Below, piece by piece: positions 45,817 through 54,567 of a stretch of 54,567 nucleotides of DNA. The notes under the pieces were generated by a model. It ran no database searches. It saw only the letters and a program-made list of their open reading frames with translations, and was not told the DNA's origin. The stretch comes from a virus (lineage: Duplodnaviria; Caudoviricetes), in the IMG/VR virus record IMGVR_UViG_3300045141_000365, positions 1 through 54,567 of that record. One strand, given 5' to 3'. A program made the position numbers and the translations under genes. The number at the start of each line of letters is the position of its first letter. The first letter of the stretch is position 1.

Positions 45817-46859
45817 ACCCAGTATTTGCTCATCTCGTCAAATAGCTCCACCCATTGCCCAATGTTGCGGTTGAAGTCGTAAAACTCACAGGCCCGAGCG
45901 TGACAGAGCCTCGACTGATCTTCACGAAATGATTTGTCGCTCAAGGCTCGCTGGCAGTAGCTCCTCAAGCCTTCCGGGTTGCTGGACAGACAGCCTACGC
46001 CATTATCAAATAATCCCTCTTCAGCCGCTCCACGCTGGTTGTCGTAGAAAGCCGTGGGAGCCCCGGACATCATGGCTTCCATCACATTCATAACCAGGGG
46101 GGCAGGCCATGCCGGGAATGTAATGTACGCCGAACACAGCCGAAACAAGCGCCTCAATTCATCGAAGCTGATCCGGCCCATGCCGGCCACAGCTTCAGTT
46201 TCATGGCCACTCAGGAGATGGGGAAACTTGGTCCGGAGATCCTTGAGGATTGGCCAGCCGCATTGATCCCCACGGTTCTGGATGGAGTTGGATGAAGTGT
46301 AAACGAACGGCAGGCGGTACTCGGCCGGAATTTGTTCGTAGTGCTCCAGGCGCTTGGCGAAGCGAATGTAATACAAGTGGTGTTTGACCTGACTGTAAAG
46401 CCGGGCAGCCAGGTAATCATGCTCCCGCTTCCCGTACGTTACGGTGAAGATGTTGGGATTCACCTTGCGGTCAATCTGGTTGTTCATCTTGCCCGCGTAC
46501 TCGTCCAATTGCAGATCGGTGTGTTGCCCGAACAGGTAAAGGATCACCGGCCTGAAGGTGGCGTAATAAGCAATGCGGTGCTGAAAGTCCGCAGTGTTCA
46601 TGGCGAAGATGAAATTGCAGCCGTCGAAATCTTCAGGCCGGCACGTCATCGACATCAGGCGCCCTCGGATCTCCTCCCCGAAGTCCATGTCGTTGTAGCC
46701 AGGAATGCAGGGCCGCTCAATGTGGGACCGGTCGTTATTGGCTTTGATGACCTTCAAGCCCAAGGTGCGAAAGATGTCTGCCAGATCATGCTCTAGGCTC
46801 GCGTGACAGGAATGGAAGAACATGCGGCCTTGAGGGAATTGCTTAATGGTGGCGCTCAT
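45813..46859 (-). CDS. GT-B (GT4-like) glycosyltransferase
   Basis: VMEAMMSGAP motif; C-terminal helical pattern. Confidence 0.7.
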   Translation of the reverse strand: MSATIKQFPQGRMFFHSCHASLEHDLADIFRTLGLKVIKANNDRSHIERPCIPGYNDMDFGEEIRGRLMSMTCRPEDFDGCNFIFAMNTADFQHRIAYYATFRPVILYLFGQHTDLQLDEYAGKMNNQIDRKVNPNIFTVTYGKREHDYLAARLYSQVKHHLYYIRFAKRLEHYEQIPAEYRLPFVYTSSNSIQNRGDQCGWPILKDLRTKFPHLLSGHETEAVAGMGRISFDELRRLFRLCSAYITFPAWPAPLVMNVMEAMMSGAPTAFYDNQRGAAEEGLFDNGVGCLSSNPEGLRSYCQRALSDKSFREDQSRLCHARACEFYDFNRNIGQWVELFDEMSKYWV

Positions 46860-46934
46860 CTGGCGGTTGAGGGTGGGGTATGCAGGGCTAACAAATCAAG
46901 AGGGGAAAAGCTTTTTGTGGCAATTTCTTGGTGA

Positions 46935-47558
46935 TTGTGGTGCAATATGGATGGAATGCCCAAGACCGTGCTTAAATCCAAAACCCCGGAGTATCGGAAG
47001 CAACTTCGACTGAATAGGACGCCAGAACAAAGGGAGCATTACCGAAAGTATACAAATCGATGGCACGCAAAAAATGCCACTCGCCTTTGCCAAAAAAGAC
47101 TAAGATTACGTGAACATTTCAACGATCTTCAGCGGATAAATTACCACAAAAGCAGAGCCTCCAGACTTCTAACCAGAAGAGCCTACGAGGACCAAAGGCG
47201 AGAGAAAATCAACAGTCAACGTCGAATTCATTACGCGAAAAATAAACACAAAAATCGTGCTCAAATAGCAGCAGCGAGCGCAAGGCGGCGCGCTCTCAAG
47301 AAGGGCTGCAAACTGGATTTAAGATGTATCAAAAAGTGGATGGTAGATATTAAATCCCGTGTTGCTTTTCGGTGTTATTATTGTCAACGGATGTTTTCAA
47401 CGATGGACGTTTGCTTTGATCATGTTTTTCCGCTCTCAAAAGGGTACCCGCATCGCATTGAAAACCTTTGCGCATCGTGCGAACCGTGTAATTCAAGAAA
47501 ACACGATAAACTTATTTCCGAATGGAGAACACAAGGGCAATTGCTTTTTGAATTATGA
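46935..47558 (+). CDS. HNH endonuclease with basic helical N-terminus
   Basis: CYYC...FDHVFPLSKG...NLCASCEPCNSRK; start uncertain. Confidence 0.9.
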   Translation: MWCNMDGMPKTVLKSKTPEYRKQLRLNRTPEQREHYRKYTNRWHAKNATRLCQKRLRLREHFNDLQRINYHKSRASRLLTRRAYEDQRREKINSQRRIHYAKNKHKNRAQIAAASARRRALKKGCKLDLRCIKKWMVDIKSRVAFRCYYCQRMFSTMDVCFDHVFPLSKGYPHRIENLCASCEPCNSRKHDKLISEWRTQGQLLFEL

Positions 47559-49873
47559 GTCTTTTTGAAACCGCAGCAGAGGTCGAAGAGATCACGTGGC
47601 AGCTTAGACTAGCCGACTTTCCGCGCAGTAGAAATAGGGCCAAAATTAACGACCTGTTCAATGGAGGCGCGCCTTATAGCCAGCAACAGGCTGACGAGAT
47701 GAATTTGAGTTGTAATTACAATGACCTTTCGGCCCCCCGCATGGGCCACGATGCCCGGCGCCAGTTTACCTCCGCCTTCCAGAAGCCAGCCAATTTCTTC
47801 AAGGTCCAGATCGATAGTGGTCCGGTTCACAAGCGGGAGGCACGCTCCACCATCATCACCAAGGAGCTGAACAAACGGCTCAAGAAGTCGCTGCCTTACT
47901 TTGAGACCCTCCGTAGCACATTCGCCAACGTGGTTCTGCACGGCATCGGGCCTTCTGTCTGGCATGATCCAGAGCGGTGGTACCCCAAAGCCAAGGGGGT
48001 TGAGGACATCATGGTTCCCGGTAACGCCACCCTGGATCTGGACAACCTTTCAATGTTCGCTGTGTTCGAGCCCTACACAGCCATGCAGATGCGCAAACTG
48101 ACCCAGGGGCCGAACCGTGACAAAGCGTGGAACATGGAACTGGTGGACAAGCTCATTGCCCAGGCGAACAAGGAAGTCTTGGATTTCGGCATTCCTAATG
48201 CTGAAGTCATGTCACCGGAAAAGCAGGCGGAGCGGTTCCAGCGGGACAGCGGGATCTTCGCGGCGGATTCATTGACCACGATCGACACGTGGAGCTTTTA
48301 CTTCTGGGATGACGAGGGCAAGGAGGCTGGATGGCGCAAACGGGTTATTCTGGATGCCGATTGGGCTATGGGCTCCGGGGGTGTGCCCACCATGCCGAAG
48401 GACACCAAAAACTTGAAGACACGAACCGGGGATCGTGGTGCCTTCCTGTTTAATCCCGGCAATCGAGTCTATGCCCAAAAGATCAGCGAGCTGATTCACT
48501 TCCAATTCGGAGACCTTTCCGCTGTAGCGCCATTCCACTACCACTCCATTCGATCCCTTGGGTGGTTGCTCTACGCTGTGTGCCACCTCCAGAACCGACT
48601 TCGTTGCAAGTTCATGGACTCAGTGTTTGAGCAGCTCATGCAGTATTTCCGGGTCAAATCCCAGGAAGAGGCGGAGCGGGCATTGAAGATAAACCTGATC
48701 GACAAGGGGTACATTGACGAATCGGTTCAGTTCATCCCCCCAAACGAGCGCTGGCAGATCAATCAGGCCCTGGCGGAGATGGCCCTGCAACAGAATGATT
48801 CGCTCATTGGCCAGAATGCCGCTATTTATCGCTCAGAGACTGACTACGGTGGCGGAAAAGAAAAAACGGCTACACAGGTCATGGCTGAAGTCAACGCCTC
48901 CACGGCCCTTGTAGGCGCAGCATTGCAGCAAGCCTACCAGTATCAGGAATTTCAGTATCAGGAAATCGCCCGCCGCTTCACCATCAAGAACTCCAAAGAC
49001 ATCGATGTCAGAAGCTTTCGAGCCTCCTGCCTTAAGCGGGGAGTGCCGGAGAGCGTCCTGAACGACATCGAAGCATGGGAAGTGACTTCCGAGCGGGTCA
49101 TGGGAGGCGGGAACAAGACCCAGGAAATGGCTCTGGCCAACCAATTGATGCAGTGGCGGCCCATGTTCGATCCCCAGCCGCAACGCGAGATTCTTTACAG
49201 TGCCGTCCTGGCCTACACCGATGATGCCGATATGGCCCAGCGGTTGGTTCCGGATGACCCCAACAAGGTCAGTAATTCCAAGCACGATGCCCAGCTTACG
49301 GCCGGCGCTCTGCTTCAGGGTCTGCATGTGGATCTTCAGACTGGCCAGAACCATATCGAGATCGTGGAAGCGCTCCTGCACGAATTTACGCTGGTGGTGC
49401 AAAAGATCGAGCAGTCAGGCGGGATGGCCACCAAGGATCAAATTGTGGGCTTCGGCAACATGGCCCAATACATCGGGCAGCAGATTCAGATCATTGCCCA
49501 GAACCCAGAGGAGAAAGGCCGGGTGAAAGAGTATGGGGATGACCTTGGGAAGCTGATGAATCTGGTCAAGGCTTACGCGCAACGACTCGCTGAACAGCAG
49601 AAGAAGGCGGCTCAGGCCAATGGCCAGCAGGTCGATCCGAAGGACATCGCCAAGCTTAAGGGCATGGAATTGATCAATCAGGCCAAAGCGGCGAACACCC
49701 GTGAAAGCCATGCGCAGCGCAGTGCTCAGCGCCAAACTCAATTCGAGTTGAAGGCGCAACAGGAAACCCAGAAGCACGCTCAGGATCTGGCGTTTGAGGC
49801 CGACAAGGCCAGGTTGGATATTGTGAAGGATGCCGTGAAGCATCGGAACAAAATGAAGTCGCTCAAGGAATGA
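47555..49873 (+). CDS. Portal protein
   Basis: 772 aa; EKTATQV motif; Q/K-rich coiled-coil barrel C-terminus (P22-like); upstream of scaffold and capsid genes. Confidence 0.75.
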   Translation: MSLFETAAEVEEITWQLRLADFPRSRNRAKINDLFNGGAPYSQQQADEMNLSCNYNDLSAPRMGHDARRQFTSAFQKPANFFKVQIDSGPVHKREARSTIITKELNKRLKKSLPYFETLRSTFANVVLHGIGPSVWHDPERWYPKAKGVEDIMVPGNATLDLDNLSMFAVFEPYTAMQMRKLTQGPNRDKAWNMELVDKLIAQANKEVLDFGIPNAEVMSPEKQAERFQRDSGIFAADSLTTIDTWSFYFWDDEGKEAGWRKRVILDADWAMGSGGVPTMPKDTKNLKTRTGDRGAFLFNPGNRVYAQKISELIHFQFGDLSAVAPFHYHSIRSLGWLLYAVCHLQNRLRCKFMDSVFEQLMQYFRVKSQEEAERALKINLIDKGYIDESVQFIPPNERWQINQALAEMALQQNDSLIGQNAAIYRSETDYGGGKEKTATQVMAEVNASTALVGAALQQAYQYQEFQYQEIARRFTIKNSKDIDVRSFRASCLKRGVPESVLNDIEAWEVTSERVMGGGNKTQEMALANQLMQWRPMFDPQPQREILYSAVLAYTDDADMAQRLVPDDPNKVSNSKHDAQLTAGALLQGLHVDLQTGQNHIEIVEALLHEFTLVVQKIEQSGGMATKDQIVGFGNMAQYIGQQIQIIAQNPEEKGRVKEYGDDLGKLMNLVKAYAQRLAEQQKKAAQANGQQVDPKDIAKLKGMELINQAKAANTRESHAQRSAQRQTQFELKAQQETQKHAQDLAFEADKARLDIVKDAVKHRNKMKSLKE

Positions 49874-49989
49874 TGCCCGAGGGCCACGTAGACACTGATG
49901 AGGGGGACGGATTGCCCGAGGACCAATCGGACGCCCATTTTGCCACCGACGAAGGATCAGCACAGGAGGATCACGATGAAAGAGACTAG
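49870..49989 (+). CDS. 39-aa acidic micro-ORF (below ORF-track cutoff)
   Basis: MMPEGHVDTDEGDGLPEDQSDAHFATDEGSAQEDHDERD; ATGA overlap with the portal stop. Confidence 0.45.
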   Translation: MMPEGHVDTDEGDGLPEDQSDAHFATDEGSAQEDHDERD

Positions 49990-51262
49990 CCAGATCAGCG
50001 CTCTCGTTTTGGACAATGGTTTGTTCTTGCCTCTTGCCCTCAAGCTTGGGCCATCCTTTAAACGTGTGCTTTACTTCACTCCATCGGAGCGAGCCTTCAG
50101 CGTGATCAATGATGCCGCGCTCGGGGATGGCTTTGACGACTGGAACGTGGAGCGGTGCGACGATTTTTGGGAGGAACTCAAAGACATCGATCTGGTGATT
50201 GTTCCGGACATTGGCAATTCCGGGATTCAGCAGCACCTGGAATCCATTGGCAAACTGGTGTGGGGCTCAAGGATGGGTGACAACCTGGAACTCAAACGCG
50301 GTCTGCTCAAGAAAGTCCAAAAAGAAGTCGGGCTCCCGGTGCCTGAACACAAATCCATTATCGGCCTGGATGACCTCCGCGATTTCCTGAAAGGGGAGCA
50401 GGAGGTTTACGTGAAGGTCTCCCGGTTCCGGGGAACGACTGAGACATTTCACCACATCGATTATGCGCACTCCCTACCGTTGCTTGATCACCTTGCGGTA
50501 CTCCTGGGACCACTCCAGAACGATTTCCCATTTATGGTCGAATGGCCGATCGAAACGAAAGTTGAGCTGGGGTATGACGGCTACTGCATTGACGGGAAGT
50601 ACCCCAAGCTCGGCATTCAGGGCATCGAATGCAAGGACCGTGGCCTGATAGCGTCAGTCCAGAGTTACGATGAATTGCCCAAGGAGGTGACGGAGATCAA
50701 TGACGCCATGGCGCCGGTCTTCGCGAAGTACAAATACCGCAACTTCCTTTCCACTGAGATCCGGGAAGGCACCATGATCGACATTACTTGTCGCGCCGGG
50801 GTGCCAAGCATTGAAAGCCAAATGGAGCTGTGGAGCAACCTGCCTGAGATTATCATGGCGGGGGCTGCCGGTGAAGTGGTGGACCCGATTCCAGCCGCTA
50901 AATTCGCGGTCGAATGCATCATCCATCACAGCGATGACGAAGCCCGCTGGCGGGTGATGGAGGTGCCTGAAGAGGCTCGGGATGCGGTCAAGCCGTACTT
51001 CGCCTGCTACCATGACGGGCTCTACTGCTTCCCCCCTTTCCCGCACTCGTCGGAAATTGTTGCGTCCATCGTGGTAATTGGTGATGATCTGGCTGAAGCC
51101 ATTGGCGATTTGAAGGAAATGGCGGGGCTCCTCGACGATCAGCCAGTGACTGTAAAGATCGATGCAATCAGCGACATGCTCAAAACCATCCATGAATCCG
51201 AGAAGGAAGGTGTTGAGTTTTCCCCCGACGAAGTTCCACAACCAGAGGAGGTCATCACATGA
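49976..51262 (+). CDS. ATP-grasp ligase (PurD-like fold, probably not a true PurD)
   Basis: AGGAGG before ATG 49976; DLVIV, LELKR...GLPVP, YVKVS..RG, IDITCRAGVP; lacks the PurD GGREHA and TGGMG motifs. Confidence 0.75.
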   Translation: MKETSQISALVLDNGLFLPLALKLGPSFKRVLYFTPSERAFSVINDAALGDGFDDWNVERCDDFWEELKDIDLVIVPDIGNSGIQQHLESIGKLVWGSRMGDNLELKRGLLKKVQKEVGLPVPEHKSIIGLDDLRDFLKGEQEVYVKVSRFRGTTETFHHIDYAHSLPLLDHLAVLLGPLQNDFPFMVEWPIETKVELGYDGYCIDGKYPKLGIQGIECKDRGLIASVQSYDELPKEVTEINDAMAPVFAKYKYRNFLSTEIREGTMIDITCRAGVPSIESQMELWSNLPEIIMAGAAGEVVDPIPAAKFAVECIIHHSDDEARWRVMEVPEEARDAVKPYFACYHDGLYCFPPFPHSSEIVASIVVIGDDLAEAIGDLKEMAGLLDDQPVTVKIDAISDMLKTIHESEKEGVEFSPDEVPQPEEVIT

Positions 51263-51306
51263 AACGCAAAGGCAAAAAGAAAACTAAAATGAAAAAGGGC
51301 TACTGA
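51259..51306 (+). CDS. 15-aa Lys-rich micro-ORF (below ORF-track cutoff)
   Basis: MKRKGKKKTKMKKGY; GAGGAGG SD; ATGA and TGATG overlaps at the two ends. Confidence 0.6.
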   Translation: MKRKGKKKTKMKKGY

Positions 51307-51590
51307 TGACCAGGAGCCCCAAGGCGCGGTTTCAGGATAATCCTGCCGCCGTCTCCAAACACGCGGAACTCATGGCTGATCCCGGGTTCCTTCATGCAGT
51401 TGACATGGCTATGTGCCAAATGATTCACACCCAGCCCATGGTGAAGGATGCGCATGGTTCCATGGCGATGGCGCACCGGATCGAGGGAGCCAACAGCTTC
51501 ATTGAGGTACTGAAATCGCTGTCAGAGAAAGGGGAGGTTGTGTCCCGTAAATCAATCGGAAACTTGGAAGGGAGTGTCAGCCCAAAATGA
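51306..51590 (+). CDS. Small helical protein between portal and scaffold
   Basis: HRIEGANSFIEVL; position. Confidence 0.6.
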   Translation: MTRSPKARFQDNPAAVSKHAELMADPGFLHAVDMAMCQMIHTQPMVKDAHGSMAMAHRIEGANSFIEVLKSLSEKGEVVSRKSIGNLEGSVSPK

Positions 51591-51961
51591 ATAAGCGCAA
51601 TTTCTTCAAAGGATTGGTGGCACTGCTGGCGATGCCGTCAACCATTTACGCCAGGATTGTCAGTAAGCCCAAGCCAGCGCCGTTTCATTACTTCTTCAAA
51701 AGGGAAGAGGGCTTTGTGGTGCAGGTCGATGTCCGAAGCCCGCAAGACGTTCGGGAGGGGATGCTGGTGGAGTACGGGAGCCAGTTGCTGAAGATCGTCA
51801 AAAAGGCTCCTGCATCGTTTTTATACAAGGGTCAAGTGGCTGAAAATCTTAGGCAGGACAAGTTTTTCGTTAAGAATCTATACGCGCAACGGGATCAGTT
51901 GCTTGTGCTGTTTGGGGTTGTTTTCCCCAATGATGCGATAAAGTTCTATGTCCGCGCTTGA
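51587..51961 (+). CDS. Hypothetical protein with Tat-like signal
   Basis: MNKRNFFKGLVALLAMP. Confidence 0.55.
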   Translation: MNKRNFFKGLVALLAMPSTIYARIVSKPKPAPFHYFFKREEGFVVQVDVRSPQDVREGMLVEYGSQLLKIVKKAPASFLYKGQVAENLRQDKFFVKNLYAQRDQLLVLFGVVFPNDAIKFYVRA

Positions 51962-52157
51962 GTTTAGCAGCCCCCACGCCACCCTGCATGTCATCGGTCC
52001 CAACGGTGAGCCCAGCAGCTACGATCAGACGAAGGGGCATACCGCGATGGACACAAAGCTGTCGCGTAAGATTATGAAGCTGGCCCTGCAAAATTCCAAA
52101 TTCAAGCATCCATTCAAGACCCGAGTCCGAAAAGTTCGAGCCCCGAAATATTACTGA
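51948..52157 (+). CDS. Small basic hypothetical protein
   Basis: Fills the gap before the scaffold gene. Confidence 0.45.
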   Translation: MSALEFSSPHATLHVIGPNGEPSSYDQTKGHTAMDTKLSRKIMKLALQNSKFKHPFKTRVRKVRAPKYY

Positions 52158-52158
52158 T

Positions 52159-53496
52159 ATGCCAGAAGCCCCAGTAGCCCCCGGTCCTCCGCCACCTTCC
52201 GCCCCTGTAGCGCCGGCTGCTCCGCCACCCCCAGGGACACTGGATTCCGCCAAGAGCGGGCTGGACCGGTTTGCCCGGGAGCCCTCAACCGATGGGGGTA
52301 TACGACCGGATCACCCCGCAGAGATTGCACGCAAAAAGAACGAAGCCAGCAAGGCGCCACCTAAAGCGCCGGCCAAGGAACCAGATGCCAAACCAACTGA
52401 CCGGACCGATAGCGACACTGACGAAGTGCCTGGAGATAGCGAAGAGGCTGGCAGCACTAAAGCAGCAGGTGCTAAAGATGCGCCAAAACCTGGCGAACCA
52501 CAAAGACCCAAAAAGCCGTCTGATTTTCTTCGCGAAGAACTCGCCAAGCAGAAAGCGAGAGTGGAGGCTTACGAAAAAGAACTTACGGCGCTCAAGGCCC
52601 CAAAGGAAGACCCGGAAAAGCTCCAGTTGACCGAGAAGCTCACGGCGGCCGAGAAACGCGCCCAGGAGCGCGAGGACGAGCTGCGCTTTGCGAATTACGA
52701 ACGGAGCGAGGAGTACCAGCAGAAGTATTTCAAGCCTTACGTCGATGCGTTTAACGTGGCCCGGAACAAGATCACTTCCCTAGATGTGGTGGAACGCAAG
52801 CAGGTGGACCCGGCAACAGGCGAGGAGCGTATCACCCAAAAGGGCAGACAGGCCACCCCGGAGGACTTTGACCAAATCGCTCTGATGCCTTCCGATCGGG
52901 AGGCGCGATTGCTGGCTAAGCAGCTTTTTGGTGAGGATTACGCTGTCGCCATTCAGCACCGGGAAAAGGTCCATGAACTCAACATGGCCCGGACCAATGC
53001 CCTGAACGAGCAGCGGACCAAGGGCGCGGAGCGCGAGAAGCTGCAAGCCGAACAGCGGACCAAGGCTCAGGTCGAAACGCAGAAGCGAAATGCTGAACTT
53101 TGGACGGCAGCCAACAAGGAGTTTGCCGAAAAGCATCCGGACTGGTTTGCCGATGTGGAGGGCGATGAAGAGGCCAATGCGATGCTGAAAAAGGACATCA
53201 CCACCACCGATGCCTTGTTCGGCGATGTCAGCCAGTTGCCACCGGAGAAGGTGGTGAAGCTTCACAGTGAGATGCGCAACCGGGCAGCGGCAGCCGGGCG
53301 CTTGTCGCATCTGCTCACCAAGGCCAGGGCTGAACTCGCTGAAGTGAAGAAGAAGCTTCAGGGCTACGAGGGATCTGAGCCTAAGGACGGGAACGGAGTC
53401 GCTGAAAAGCCCAGTGGTGATGCTCCGCCAGACACAATGGCTGGGGTCATGGCTTCTCTCGACAAATACGGGAAAGAGAAGACAATGTTTTACTAA
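52159..53496 (+). CDS. Capsid scaffolding protein
   Basis: Pro/acidic disordered N-terminus, long E/K/A coiled coils, directly upstream of the capsid gene. Confidence 0.7.
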   Translation: MPEAPVAPGPPPPSAPVAPAAPPPPGTLDSAKSGLDRFAREPSTDGGIRPDHPAEIARKKNEASKAPPKAPAKEPDAKPTDRTDSDTDEVPGDSEEAGSTKAAGAKDAPKPGEPQRPKKPSDFLREELAKQKARVEAYEKELTALKAPKEDPEKLQLTEKLTAAEKRAQEREDELRFANYERSEEYQQKYFKPYVDAFNVARNKITSLDVVERKQVDPATGEERITQKGRQATPEDFDQIALMPSDREARLLAKQLFGEDYAVAIQHREKVHELNMARTNALNEQRTKGAEREKLQAEQRTKAQVETQKRNAELWTAANKEFAEKHPDWFADVEGDEEANAMLKKDITTTDALFGDVSQLPPEKVVKLHSEMRNRAAAAGRLSHLLTKARAELAEVKKKLQGYEGSEPKDGNGVAEKPSGDAPPDTMAGVMASLDKYGKEKTMFY

Positions 53497-53520
53497 GGGG
53501 GAGATTACTGTGGTGTGACA

Positions 53521-53552
53521 AAGCCCCTGACCCGCGATGGCAGGGGCTTTTT
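53521..53552 (+). terminator. Rho-independent terminator
   Basis: aagcccctg / caggggctt followed by T run. Confidence 0.7.
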
Positions 53553-53554
53553 AG

Positions 53555-53583
53555 TTGACTTTCAAAGGGGTTTCTGGTGTAAT
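53555..53583 (+). promoter_or_regulatory. Sigma70-like promoter upstream of the capsid gene
   Basis: TTGACT-17-TGTAAT with extended TG. Confidence 0.5.
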
Positions 53584-53620
53584 CGGACCTGAGCATTGAG
53601 CTGCTTAACGTAACCCAATT

Positions 53621-53676
53621 TGCTCCATCCGGTGTCAGTGTCCTCCCCGGTCGCTGAGCTCACGCCGGGTGGAGCA
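53621..53676 (+). ncRNA. Long hairpin: small RNA or capsid mRNA leader
   Basis: tgctccatccggtgt / acgccgggtggagca 15-bp stem; its G-U pairs favour the plus strand. Confidence 0.4.
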
Positions 53677-53878
53677 TTCACCGTGATTAAAATTTAAGTT
53701 GACGATCTGTTTTTTGTAGCATAGTCCTCACGGTAGGTTGTGTGTAGTCGCCGCCTCAACCCGGCCTCCGAGCGTCCTTCGATCCGCTCGCTAAATCTTC
53801 TTCGATGAAATTCCAACGTCCGTAAACCCGAGCGCCATGCCTTGAGCAAAGAGCGCACAAGAAAGAAAGAATTTCATT

Positions 53879-54567
53879 ATGAGTTGTCCTGCAGCGACTG
53901 TGATTCGAGGATGTGACTTCGTCCAAAATTTGGTCGACCAGCAGCCCGTGTATGATAAGCTGATCCTCCAAGACATTACCCCTGTCGATGGTTGGATTGG
54001 CAATATGACCATGGGGTCATTTGAAGCATACTCCGGCGTGGAACACACCCTGGACCGCTTTACCGATGTCTGGCCTGACACTACCAAGACCTGGTCCCGG
54101 GTCCAGTCCGGATCGTGCCTGGGTGCTCCCTGTGATCAGACACGGTACACCCTTGGATGGGGTGCCAAGCGCCTTTCGTATTTCCTGGAGCAGCAATCAT
54201 GGAAGACTCCGCTGCTCTGCTACGACCAGGAGATGCACATCACCCATGCCAAAGAGCACTTGGGCCAGATCATCTCCGACATCCTGAAGCCCGCCACTTC
54301 GGCCATTATGTCCGAATTCATGCGCAAACGGGCGCTGTTCCATGCCAGCAAGAAGTGGGTGGCGGCAACCAATCAGCCGGATTTCACCTTCGTATTCTCC
54401 CTGGGAACGGCTGCGGGACAAACAGACGCGGAAATCTTCTTCGATTGTTCGGCCCCCAATACCGGCGCGGGCTCTCCCAAAAAGCTCACCCCCCAAATGC
54501 TCCAGCGCCGGTTCCAGCCGCTCATGCGCATTGGTTACGCCGGCAAGAATCCATTCAAGGAAACAGC
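53879..54567 (+). CDS. Major capsid protein, 5' part (continues across the junction to 1109; about 556 aa in total)
   Basis: ATG at 53879 (MSCPAATVIRGCDFVQNL...) is open to the window end and in frame with ORF 57-1109; directly follows the scaffold gene; absent from the ORF track. Confidence 0.75.
   Translation, partial: MSCPAATVIRGCDFVQNLVDQQPVYDKLILQDITPVDGWIGNMTMGSFEAYSGVEHTLDRFTDVWPDTTKTWSRVQSGSCLGAPCDQTRYTLGWGAKRLSYFLEQQSWKTPLLCYDQEMHITHAKEHLGQIISDILKPATSAIMSEFMRKRALFHASKKWVAATNQPDFTFVFSLGTAAGQTDAEIFFDCSAPNTGAGSPKKLTPQMLQRRFQPLMRIGYAGKNPFKET
54441..54567. repeat. Second copy of terminal overlap
   Basis: Identical to 1-127. Confidence 0.97.

Noticed and set aside
49415-50236. 273-aa minus-strand ORF
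   Set aside because: Antisense shadow of the portal and ATP-grasp genes.
49976-51262. purD as an auxiliary metabolic gene
   Set aside because: PurD substrate-binding motifs (GGREHA, TGGMG) are missing; only the fold is supported.
1-54567. tRNA genes, integrase/att site, alternative genetic code
   Set aside because: No tRNA cloverleaf or recombinase motif was recognised by eye, and genes tile densely under the standard code. A tRNAscan and HMM run would be needed to exclude them fully.

Overview
A complete, circularly assembled tailed-phage genome of 54,440 bp. Bases 1-127 are repeated exactly at 54441-54567, and the major capsid gene runs across this junction. The gene set is podovirus-like: portal, scaffold, Cys-rich major capsid protein, tail adaptor/nozzle, ejection proteins, fibres, an inverted large terminase, and a holin/lipoprotein/papain-protease cassette with no recognisable endolysin. 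It also carries seven HNH endonuclease genes, two replication-initiator-like genes, a Cas4-like nuclease, a PAPS-reductase-like gene, a glycan cluster (three glycosyltransferases, two methyltransferases, gmd) and an ATP-grasp ligase. I found no integrase, DNA polymerase, helicase, tRNA or CRISPR array. C-terminal motifs in secreted proteins suggest a Verrucomicrobiota host (inference). The most unusual features are: (i) an ATP-grasp ligase flanked by an unannotated acidic micro-ORF and an unannotated Lys-rich micro-ORF; (ii) fibre-type proteins with Sec signal peptides and a shared YRNxWTTN motif; (iii) a perfect chromosomal parS palindrome with no phage ParB; (iv) HNH genes with a conserved structured leader or an echo of the upstream gene's C-terminus; (v) a RusA-like gene apparently split over two frames. 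All calls come from motif recognition by eye; no searches were run.
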